Assembly: GCA_963727775.1 (NCBI GenBank)
Contig: CAVSHB010000002.1
Coordinates: forward strand, 32,001 to 96,000
Reading direction: 5' to 3'
DNA length: 64,000 bases
Source: an uncultured Nitrospiraceae bacterium
GTDB taxonomy: Bacteria; Nitrospirota; Thermodesulfovibrionia; Thermodesulfovibrionales; SM23-35
The notes under the pieces: generated by a model
What the model saw: only the letters and a program-made list of their open reading frames with translations
Databases searched by the model: none
Told to the model about the DNA's origin: nothing
Made by a program: the position numbers and the translations under genes
Shown: positions 51,284 to 59,174 of the stretch, piece by piece
Layout of the letters: each line of letters opens with the position of its first letter
How positions within the stretch are numbered: the first letter of the stretch is position 1

Positions 51284-52077
51284 CGAAATAGCTTTAGTAA
51301 GGGATCTTTGGTCCCAGCCTCCTGAAAACCCTTTGCCCTGAATACACAGCTGTCGCACCTTCCGCAAGGAACAAGCGTGAGGGTTTGAATTTCGAATTTC
51401 GAGTTTTGGGTTTTATAACTTTGAACTTTCTCCGGCTGCGGGTCATAACAACTCCAAGTCAAAGAGTAATCGAGCCCGAGTTCGATACCCTTCCTGATTA
51501 TCTCTGATTTTTTCATCGTGACCAGCGGAGACCTTATGTTGAATCTTAGTTTGCCCTCGACTGACGCTTTTGTGGCGAGATTTGCCATGTCCTCGAAAGC
51601 TTTGAGATACTCGGGCCTGCAATCAGGATATCCACTGTAATCGATCGCATTTGCACCGATAAAAATATGTTCGGCGCCGAGAACCTCCGCCCATGCGAGG
51701 GCAAAGGAAAGGAATATCGTGTTTCGGGCAGGAACATAAGTGACTGGTATACTTGAAGAGACAACAGCTCCGCTGTTAGCCTTGCTGCCGGGGGGATGGA
51801 TGGGTGGGGTTCCTTCCTTTTTAGGGACTTCTATCTCTGATGTAAGAGCAGACCCGCCGATCTCTCTAAGGTCAAACTTTATGATAAGATGCTTTTGAAC
51901 TCCGAGGGATGACGCAACCTTTTTTGCAGAATTGAGTTCAATTCCATGCCTCTGGTTATAATCGAAACTGAGAGCATATAATTCATGTCCTTCAGATTTT
52001 GCAATCGCAAGGGCCGTAGAAGAATCAATCCCGCCGCTAAGAAGGACAACGGATTTAGTTTTGGTATCCTGTAACAT
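51280..52077 (-). CDS. queC: 7-cyano-7-deazaguanine synthase, with two loop insertions
   Basis: LSGGIDS, YVPARN, YPDCRP, TWSCY, CGRCDSC. Confidence 0.95.
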   Translation of the reverse strand: MLQDTKTKSVVLLSGGIDSSTALAIAKSEGHELYALSFDYNQRHGIELNSAKKVASSLGVQKHLIIKFDLREIGGSALTSEIEVPKKEGTPPIHPPGSKANSGAVVSSSIPVTYVPARNTIFLSFALAWAEVLGAEHIFIGANAIDYSGYPDCRPEYLKAFEDMANLATKASVEGKLRFNIRSPLVTMKKSEIIRKGIELGLDYSLTWSCYDPQPEKVQSYKTQNSKFEIQTLTLVPCGRCDSCVFRAKGFQEAGTKDPLLKLFR

Positions 52078-52167
52078 AATTATTAATAATACACGATATG
52101 AGATTCACGATCTCAATAAGTTGTTGCCAGAGGTTTAGAAATTTATCTGAAGCCCGCGCTTTGACCT

Positions 52168-53217
52168 TCAATGAATATCGTCTGCCGTACCTTTTATTCC
52201 GTCAGCTCCAGCGCTGACAACAACAAAAGAATAGTTATTATGTTCATAAATGTACGGTCTTCCCCACGGATCTAATTTTTTTGATATCAAGCCAAGCGAT
52301 TCAGGATATGAGCCGTGTTCAAACTTGTAGGCCTCTATTTTGAACCTCAGATCATCAATAGCTTCAGAAGCAGAGAATCTTTTAACCATATAACCGGAAG
52401 CAAATAAGAAAGATGAAAGAGAAAGCAGAAATGCAATTGCAACAGCCAAAAAAGGCAAGAAACGATAAGAAATCCCGGCTCTTTTTGCTTTTGGTACGGG
52501 TATTTCAGTAAGGACAGGCAGGACCTTTGTGGCCTCGATGAATCCTTTTTCTATCAATGAAACCAGAGTCTTTGAAACAGAAAAATCGTCTTTACCTGTT
52601 ATGTCTATTATGGTGCTGACATCATTCTCTCCATCAACCAGCGATAGAATATCTTCTTCATCTTCGGTCAGGTCTGTTATGTCTTCAGCCTTTTTTGTGA
52701 ATACAGTGTCGAGAGTTATCTTCCCTTCAATCAGTGCCCACTCATCGACTATTCTCAGCCCTTCCATAAGCAGATGTTGAGTATCTATCGTTATCGGGAC
52801 GTCCTTATCAACAGGGACAGCCTGGGGGGTGAATTCGTATGTCCCGCCCTTCCAGCCGAATATCTGGACCACTGTCTCTTTGATCTGCCCTATTATGATC
52901 TCTTCTATCTTCTCTTTTTTTACTACCCCTTTTCTTATAAGCAGATTGCCGAGTTTTACATTAGAGCTTCGCTGTTCTCCGAGAGCGGTTTGAAGGTCAT
53001 CTTCCATTAATATGCCTTTTTTGACCAACACTTTGCCGAGCCGGTTGGCTTCCATTCTCCTCTTTGATTCCGAACCGACAATGTTTCCATCAATGAACAG
53101 CAGCTTTACCTTATCCAACCTGCCTTCAAGAGTGAGCACGCCGGTCTTCCGCTGGAAGAAGATAAGCTGAAGTATATCGGCAAGTCCGAAATCTTTGAGC
53201 GATCCTTCTAAAGCCAA
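52168..53217 (-). CDS. DUF4388 + MshEN-like + TM + GspG-like C-terminal domain protein
   Basis: LEGSLKDFGLADILQ; RLGKVLVKKG/KLGNLLIRKG; DPWG..SAGADG; TTG 53217 preferred. Confidence 0.75.
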   Translation of the reverse strand: MALEGSLKDFGLADILQLIFFQRKTGVLTLEGRLDKVKLLFIDGNIVGSESKRRMEANRLGKVLVKKGILMEDDLQTALGEQRSSNVKLGNLLIRKGVVKKEKIEEIIIGQIKETVVQIFGWKGGTYEFTPQAVPVDKDVPITIDTQHLLMEGLRIVDEWALIEGKITLDTVFTKKAEDITDLTEDEEDILSLVDGENDVSTIIDITGKDDFSVSKTLVSLIEKGFIEATKVLPVLTEIPVPKAKRAGISYRFLPFLAVAIAFLLSLSSFLFASGYMVKRFSASEAIDDLRFKIEAYKFEHGSYPESLGLISKKLDPWGRPYIYEHNNYSFVVVSAGADGIKGTADDIH

Positions 53218-54875
53218 CCTTTTGAAAGCCTCCTTCTTGTTATTATGTTGGATAATACATATACGAGGGCCGCAAGGAACAGTGAGATCAGGCTTATCCA
53301 TATATGAGAAAAATTGGACATGCCTACTACGAATACCGAATTCATAACGGGAACGAGAAGGAAAAACAGGAATGTCCACAAAAATAATAAACCGAATAAA
53401 ATATTTCCCGCAAATATCTGTCCTGATCCCGGCAGAATATAAGAAATAATCTTTATGATATTTCTCCTTCTTTTCTGATAATTATACACAGTAAGTATTT
53501 TTGAGATCCTGTCCTTGGCGTCGAGTTCATCAAGCTTTACTAATGACCTGTAACAATTCAAGCACATCTGCCCCCACAGGATATGTTTTTCACACTTACT
53601 GCACAAGATCTCTCCGCACCTGTTGCATCTGTGTGCCCTGCTTTTCAATTGCCTGTCGAGTACATAAAAAAAGACTACCATGAAGATTGCAATCACCGGC
53701 ATGAACAAAGGCGATACTGTTGATAACCCCAATGTAGAGATTCCGGTTGTTCTTCCCTCAATATATTTCCAGAGCGCTGAAAAAGGCAGGCCTTCATCAA
53801 TTACAAACCTGTTCGGGTTTCTACTGAATACTTCCCTGAATCTCGATACTGCATTACTATCCAGCTTTTGAGCTGCGATGAAGTATTCCTCGCCTTTGTC
53901 GAATTTGAGTGTCTCTCTGTATACCTGGCTTATATTGTAGAGCGCAGCAGGAGATGGCTTAAGTTCAATGGATTTCTTGTACAGTTCTTTTGCCTTTTCC
54001 ATGTCATTTAAGGCAACATAGCAATTCGCGAGATTGTTATAGGTTCGGGGATCGGGTCCTCTGGCAATGAGCTTATTGTAAATGTCTATGGCCTCGGAAT
54101 ATCTGCCTTCATGTTTTAAGGCAAGGGCATATGCGAAGAGTTCAACAGGGTCGTTTTTATCTTTTAACAAAGAAAGCGCATAGGTATTGCCTTTTGCTTC
54201 ATTTACCTGAATGACTGCCTTTAATTCTCCTGAAGCAGGCGCGTTAAGGATCAAAGAAACAGGCATAAAGACAACAGGTGATAGAAGAAGAAACAAAAAG
54301 TAAAGATAGACAACCGCCTTGTCCCATTTTTTCATATAGAGGCCGGTTATAATGAGTATGCACCCTAACATATATAGCGGTCCGAATATAGATAGCATAA
54401 GCACAAACAAGAGCATTGCTTTGGTCTTGACTTCCTGTATCTCATGCGAGAATAGAGGGCTATCTTTAAGGAGTCTTAAAATAACCGTGATTAAAATTGC
54501 AAGGATGAACGATAGTATTAAACTCGAAAACAGAGAAGCTGTCACCATAAATGACCACCAGAAATTTCGCTGGTATGCTTCTATCCCCTGCAGTATGTAA
54601 TTAACAGCTTCAAATACGTCTTCGGGCTTAAAGCTGAAACTTGCTTTTGACAATTCAAAATAAGCGGCGGGAAGGTCGGGAGAATATCGCAAGGCCTCTT
54701 GAAGGATGCTTTTAGCTTCAGCGCGGTCCGCCCTTGCCCGCCTAATAAGAAGGTACGAGTATGACTCCGAATTCCTTATGCCCTTATTGAGCTGTTCTTC
54801 ATGTAAAGATGTCCCTGCTGAAAAAGAAGGAATAAGGAAAAGGCATAAGAAGAGCGGTATGATAATTTTTTTCAT
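53208..54875 (-). CDS. Membrane protein with TPR repeats and Cys-rich zinc-finger-like segment
   Basis: Signal peptide, TM bundles, TPRs (YNNLANCY, ALYNIS), CNRCGEILCSKC...CLNC. Confidence 0.75.
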   Translation of the reverse strand: MKKIIIPLFLCLFLIPSFSAGTSLHEEQLNKGIRNSESYSYLLIRRARADRAEAKSILQEALRYSPDLPAAYFELSKASFSFKPEDVFEAVNYILQGIEAYQRNFWWSFMVTASLFSSLILSFILAILITVILRLLKDSPLFSHEIQEVKTKAMLLFVLMLSIFGPLYMLGCILIITGLYMKKWDKAVVYLYFLFLLLSPVVFMPVSLILNAPASGELKAVIQVNEAKGNTYALSLLKDKNDPVELFAYALALKHEGRYSEAIDIYNKLIARGPDPRTYNNLANCYVALNDMEKAKELYKKSIELKPSPAALYNISQVYRETLKFDKGEEYFIAAQKLDSNAVSRFREVFSRNPNRFVIDEGLPFSALWKYIEGRTTGISTLGLSTVSPLFMPVIAIFMVVFFYVLDRQLKSRAHRCNRCGEILCSKCEKHILWGQMCLNCYRSLVKLDELDAKDRISKILTVYNYQKRRRNIIKIISYILPGSGQIFAGNILFGLLFLWTFLFFLLVPVMNSVFVVGMSNFSHIWISLISLFLAALVYVLSNIITRRRLSKGWL

Positions 54876-55462
54876 CCCCGCCGGCCTATCTTCCTTTCCG
54901 TCCCATTTATAAGCCTTTGAATATTATCTCTATGCCGCATAAGAATAAAGACGGTAATAAGAACTGCTATTAACATTTTCCCTTTGTCATCAGGATCAAA
55001 AAAATATATGTTTACAGGTAAAAGGCCGAATGAAATAATTGCTCCAAGGGATGAATATTTTGTTAAAACCGCGGCTGCCAGCCATATAATCACTGTTAGT
55101 AGTGCCACGAACGGGGTATAAAAGATAAGGACGCCGATACTTGTGGCAACTCCTTTGCCCCCCTTGAATCCTAAAAAAATGGAAAAATTATGTCCGAGGA
55201 TTGCCGAAATACCGACAAGGCCTTGATAGACCGATCCTGTTTCAAAATGGCTCCCTATTGCGACTGCTGCAGTGCCTTTCAATATATCTCCGAGAAGGGT
55301 CAATACGGCAGGCCATTTCCCGAGTGACCTAAGCACATTCGTCGCTCCGATATTGCCGCTGCCGACTTTCTTGATATCGACTCCCTTTATCCTTGAGATT
55401 ATTATACCAAAGGGGATCGATCCGAGAATAAACGAGAATATAAAGAGCAAGAAAAATTTCAT
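54872..55462 (-). CDS. plsY: Glycerol-3-phosphate acyltransferase
   Basis: GSIPFG, GSGNIGATN, DILKG, GH, FKGGKGVAT, H..NI.RL. Confidence 0.96.
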   Translation of the reverse strand: MKFFLLFIFSFILGSIPFGIIISRIKGVDIKKVGSGNIGATNVLRSLGKWPAVLTLLGDILKGTAAVAIGSHFETGSVYQGLVGISAILGHNFSIFLGFKGGKGVATSIGVLIFYTPFVALLTVIIWLAAAVLTKYSSLGAIISFGLLPVNIYFFDPDDKGKMLIAVLITVFILMRHRDNIQRLINGTERKIGRRG

Positions 55463-56004
55463 TATGATTGTTGTATCTTTTTGCCGAAAGATATTGTATA
55501 CCGGACTCCTGAAATTATGGACATTATGAGTGATATCCAGATAAGAATTACGCCGATATCATAAAGATCAATATCAAAAATACTGTTCTCCAGTATAAGG
55601 CAGAGTATCGCTATTATTTGGAAAGTTGTCTTTATCTTCCCTCCGATTTCAGCAGAGATTACTATGTCCTTTGAGAGGGCGACCACCCTTAGTCCCGTCA
55701 CAAGGAATTCCCGGACAATAATGGTAATAGCTATCCACGCAGGTAGCCTGTCCATGTCTACCAGCACGATTAAGGCCGATATAACCAGGAATTTATCGGC
55801 AATCGGATCGAGAATGATGCCGAATTTAGTTATTTCACCCGAACGCCGCGCAAGATATCCGTCAAGAAAGTCCGTTAAAGATGCAATGCTGAAGACAAAG
55901 GCGCCGAAAACCGGGTGCAAGTTGACAGTGTAAATAAATACGGGGATGAGGACAATCCTGCTCAGCGTGAGAACTGTCGGGAGATTAAGTTTTAGAGTAC
56001 CCAT
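55462..56004 (-). CDS. pgsA: CDP-diacylglycerol--glycerol-3-phosphate 3-phosphatidyltransferase
   Basis: NLPT.LT..R, TDFLDGYLAR..G..LDPIADK; ATG 56004 preferred. Confidence 0.94.
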   Translation of the reverse strand: MGTLKLNLPTVLTLSRIVLIPVFIYTVNLHPVFGAFVFSIASLTDFLDGYLARRSGEITKFGIILDPIADKFLVISALIVLVDMDRLPAWIAITIIVREFLVTGLRVVALSKDIVISAEIGGKIKTTFQIIAILCLILENSIFDIDLYDIGVILIWISLIMSIISGVRYTISFGKKIQQS

Positions 56005-56527
56005 CGATAATATCCTGCCAAAGCCCCTTTGCCTTAAGTAGAAAATCACATACTTCTCTGCCCGCTCCTCTGCCCCCGCTTTTTTTTGTTACCATTTTTA
56101 CACAATCCTTAATCCCGTCGGCCGCATCTGCAACAGTTACCGGCAACCCGCAATTAGTCAAAACAGGGATATCGACGACATCATCTCCGACATATGCAAT
56201 CTCGTTTTCAGACAGGGAATATTTTTCAGCGAGTTCTCTGTACGCTATCCTCTTGTTATGACATTTTTGAAAGACGTCTTTGATGCCGAGCTCACGAGCT
56301 CTTCTCTCGACAACTATCGAATGTCTTCCTGTAATCAACGCCACCTGAATCCCTGCCTTCATGAGCATTTTTATACCGTGACCGTCCCGGACATGAAAGA
56401 TTTTGTACTCGTTGTCATTATTGTCGAGTATAATACTCCCGTCTGTAAGCACACCATCTACATCAAATATGAGCAGCTTGATTTTTTTGGCTATTTCAAG
56501 AAGTTCTTCCTCGGAGATGTTTTTCAT
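55985..56527 (-). CDS. kdsC: KDO 8-phosphate phosphatase (HAD)
   Basis: FDVDGVLTDG, DGHGI, GDDVVD, GGRGA.RE. Confidence 0.93.
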   Translation of the reverse strand: MKNISEEELLEIAKKIKLLIFDVDGVLTDGSIILDNNDNEYKIFHVRDGHGIKMLMKAGIQVALITGRHSIVVERRARELGIKDVFQKCHNKRIAYRELAEKYSLSENEIAYVGDDVVDIPVLTNCGLPVTVADAADGIKDCVKMVTKKSGGRGAGREVCDFLLKAKGLWQDIIDGYSKT

Positions 56528-56662
56528 CTTTCAGTTTTTCGGGCAGTGACCTCATTATATATAAAAAAATGATTCTCAAAAAAGTATATCAGAGAAAATG
56601 AGAAAAGTCATGGAGAAACGTCCATGAAACGGGGAGATAAAATTCGGGTTAATTTATTATTA

Positions 56663-57058
56663 TTAAATGATATTTTGCGATTTAATTTTTGCCCTATTAC
56701 AGATCAGCGCGAAGATATCTTCATACTTGGAATCTAATCTTTGAAAACTTAGGCTGTCAATATAATTATATTTTGTAGCAAACTCCAGGCAATTTTGTGT
56801 TTTTGAGGCGGCTTGCGCCGCATCCGATAACTTACCCATAAAGACAGACCTGTCATCTTTCATTTGCCATGCTTCCGCAAGATTAGTGCACACTAACCTG
56901 GAATGTCTGACAACCTGGTCTGTTAAGTAGAATTTCTCTTTCGGAAAACGCTTCGACGCGCTGGATATTTCTTCGAATATTTCAATTGCCGTTTTAAATA
57001 TAAAGTGATATGTCTCGGAATCTAATCTGTCACTCACGATTTTCTCGTCATTTTTCAT
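56663..57058 (-). CDS. Divergent four-helix-bundle protein (23S rRNA IVP / Avd-like family)
   Basis: FPKE..LTDQ..R.S..VC.NLAEAW, KLSDA, LEFA. Confidence 0.75.
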   Translation of the reverse strand: MKNDEKIVSDRLDSETYHFIFKTAIEIFEEISSASKRFPKEKFYLTDQVVRHSRLVCTNLAEAWQMKDDRSVFMGKLSDAAQAASKTQNCLEFATKYNYIDSLSFQRLDSKYEDIFALICNRAKIKSQNII

Positions 57059-57071
57059 CTTTTCCCCCTTG

Positions 57072-57461
57072 CTATATCCATAAAGTTTTTAAGACCATCC
57101 CAAAACTTTTTAATGCATCCTTTATGACATTAGTGGAAACAGGCTTCTCAAAATAAAAAGACGCCCCCAACCTGTAAGCTTTTTTCATTATATCCTGGTT
57201 CCCATAAGCTGTTATCAAGATGATGCGCGTTTCCGGATGACGGTCCTTAACATAACGAATGACCTCCAATCCTTCTTCTCCTGCAAAGCCCGAAAGCCTG
57301 AGGTCCGCGATAACGGCGTCATAAGACTGTTCGTTCAGCAAACCAGCCGCGTCTTCGAAGGTTTCGGCTGTATCCACTTCGACTTCAGGGCATTGGAACA
57401 ATTTTTTAAAGGCAACCAGGATAGTCTTTTCATCGTCTACAACCAATAAATGTTTCGGCAT
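57072..57461 (-). CDS. Single-domain response regulator (receiver only)
   Basis: LVVDDE, IADLRL, ITAYG, EKP; ATG 57461 with AAGGAG RBS. Confidence 0.9.
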   Translation of the reverse strand: MPKHLLVVDDEKTILVAFKKLFQCPEVEVDTAETFEDAAGLLNEQSYDAVIADLRLSGFAGEEGLEVIRYVKDRHPETRIILITAYGNQDIMKKAYRLGASFYFEKPVSTNVIKDALKSFGMVLKTLWI

Positions 57462-57518
57462 GTTTCTCCTTTGTACAGTGCAGCAACAATTATTATCAAT
57501 GCCCTCATAAATATTTAT

Positions 57519-57534
57519 TGCAAAATGAATGCCA
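57519..57534 (-). promoter_or_regulatory. Sigma54 promoter for the receiver/four-helix-bundle operon
   Basis: Minus strand TGGCATTCATTTTGCA, GG-N10-GC. Confidence 0.8.
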
Positions 57535-57617
57535 CGGTAAAAATATGAGAAATGCAAGCAGGACAGCGTTTCAGAATTCGCTGCTTTTTGTCATATTCTC
57601 ATTTTCGCAAAAAGCAG

Positions 57618-57631
57618 TCTCATTTATGAGA
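57618..57631. promoter_or_regulatory. Candidate enhancer-binding-protein UAS
   Basis: TCTCAT-TT-ATGAGA palindrome with further half-sites nearby, ~85-100 bp upstream of the -24 element. Confidence 0.5.
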
Positions 57632-57714
57632 ATGATGAGAATATGGAAAATGTCGGAGCGGCTACTTCGGAGCGTATGAATAAGATGAAAGCTATCAAGT
57701 ACTAGTTATAAGAT

Positions 57715-57823
57715 TGCCGACAGCTACAGTATTTGAGCGGTTTTAAATTTTTTCGAAGAAAAAATTTACCTCGGAGGCCGCCGCAGCGGACGAGAATGAG
57801 CGCAAATACTGTAGCTGTCGGCA
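57715..57823 (-). repeat. Structured dispersed repeat, copy B, with perfect 21-bp terminal inverted repeats
   Basis: TGCCGACAGCTACAGTATTTG ... CAAATACTGTAGCTGTCGGCA; homologous to 40626-40738. Confidence 0.85.
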
Positions 57824-57851
57824 TCCACAAATTTCATGGATCGAGTGAGAG

Positions 57852-59174
57852 CTAATTGTCTTTACGGAATTTTTTTAGTTTTCGGTATAGGGTCGCCCTG
57901 GAGATGCCTAAGGACTCGGAAGCTTTCAGGGTGTTGCCTCCGAAATGTCTTATGACCGATCTGATATGGGACCCTTCGAAATCTTTTAAATTACCCGTAT
58001 CTTTTTCCGACTCTCCTGTAATACGCAGGGAATCCAGACCCGGAAAATGTTCAGGCAGCAAAGGTTGCCCATGCGCAAGCAGGAGTGCCCTTTCCAGAAC
58101 GTTTCTCAATTCGCGGATATTCCCGGGCCACGGGTAATGTTTTAATACTTGCATTACCTCAGACGATATCATGACATCCGGTGAGCCGAGATTTCTCAGG
58201 GTATAAAGAATAAGCCCGGGTAAGTCTTCCTGTCTCTCCCGTAGAGGAGGGATGTCAATGGGAAGCACGTGGACACGAAAATAAAGATCGCTTCGGAACC
58301 TGCCCTGACGGACTTCTTTGAGGAGATCCCGGTTTGTTGCACAGATCAGCCTGAATTCACTTCTGCGGACCTTTACTTCTCCAAGTCTGCGGTAATGTTT
58401 TTCTTCAATCACCTTGAGAAACTGCGCCTGGACGCCGATGTCCATATCACTGATTTCGTCAAGAAACAGGGTCCCGCCGTCTGCAACCTCGATAAGTCCC
58501 TGCCTGTCCTGTACGGCGGTTGTGAATGCGCCACGCGCATGACCGAAGAGTTCACTGGAGAGCAGATCACCTCTGAGGTTGGAACAATTCACCTCTACAA
58601 ACGGCGCCGTATTGCGCAAGCTGTTTTCATGCAGCCATCCAGCCAAAACCCCTTTCCCGGAGCCGGTTTCGCCTGAAATTAAAACAGGTGAATCGTTTTT
58701 TGCCGCAAGCGAAGCGATCTCGCTAACTTTTTTCATGACAAGACTTTTCCCGAAATAAATCCGGTCTTTTTTCTCAAGCCTCCTGGTAGCGAAGTTCTTC
58801 CGCCGAAGGTCCCCGAGTTCAAGACTCTTTCTTAAAAAAATATCGAGGTCCGTCATGTTGACCGGTTTTGTCAGGAAATTGTCCGCGCCGCGCCGCATAG
58901 CCTCGACAGCTACGGGAATGTCACCGAAACCCGTGACGATAATGATCGGGATATCCGGATAACTTTTCCTGAATTCTATTATCCATTCCAACCCATTTCC
59001 ATCCGGCAGCTTCAGATCGAGCAGGACCGCATCGAAGCGCTGAGACAACAGAGCATCCTGGGCCCCGGACAGGCAAGAAGCTTCCTGGACTGTATAACCC
59101 GCTTTTGAGAGGTATCTCGATAGCCCAAACCTAGTGCCCTCATCGTCTTCGATGAAAAGGATTTTCGGATTCAT
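57852..59174 (-). CDS. Sigma54-dependent response regulator (NtrC family)
   Basis: Receiver, GETGSGK, ELFGH.RGAFTTA (GAFTGA variant), LFLDEI, WPGNIREL, Fis-type HTH. Confidence 0.95.
   Translation of the reverse strand: MNPKILFIEDDEGTRFGLSRYLSKAGYTVQEASCLSGAQDALLSQRFDAVLLDLKLPDGNGLEWIIEFRKSYPDIPIIIVTGFGDIPVAVEAMRRGADNFLTKPVNMTDLDIFLRKSLELGDLRRKNFATRRLEKKDRIYFGKSLVMKKVSEIASLAAKNDSPVLISGETGSGKGVLAGWLHENSLRNTAPFVEVNCSNLRGDLLSSELFGHARGAFTTAVQDRQGLIEVADGGTLFLDEISDMDIGVQAQFLKVIEEKHYRRLGEVKVRRSEFRLICATNRDLLKEVRQGRFRSDLYFRVHVLPIDIPPLRERQEDLPGLILYTLRNLGSPDVMISSEVMQVLKHYPWPGNIRELRNVLERALLLAHGQPLLPEHFPGLDSLRITGESEKDTGNLKDFEGSHIRSVIRHFGGNTLKASESLGISRATLYRKLKKFRKDN

Noticed and set aside
56663..57058. 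Diversity-generating retroelement (Avd accessory gene)
   Set aside because: No reverse transcriptase and no adenine-mismatched TR/VR pair in the window; the two-copy element differs at non-A positions in a pairing-preserving way
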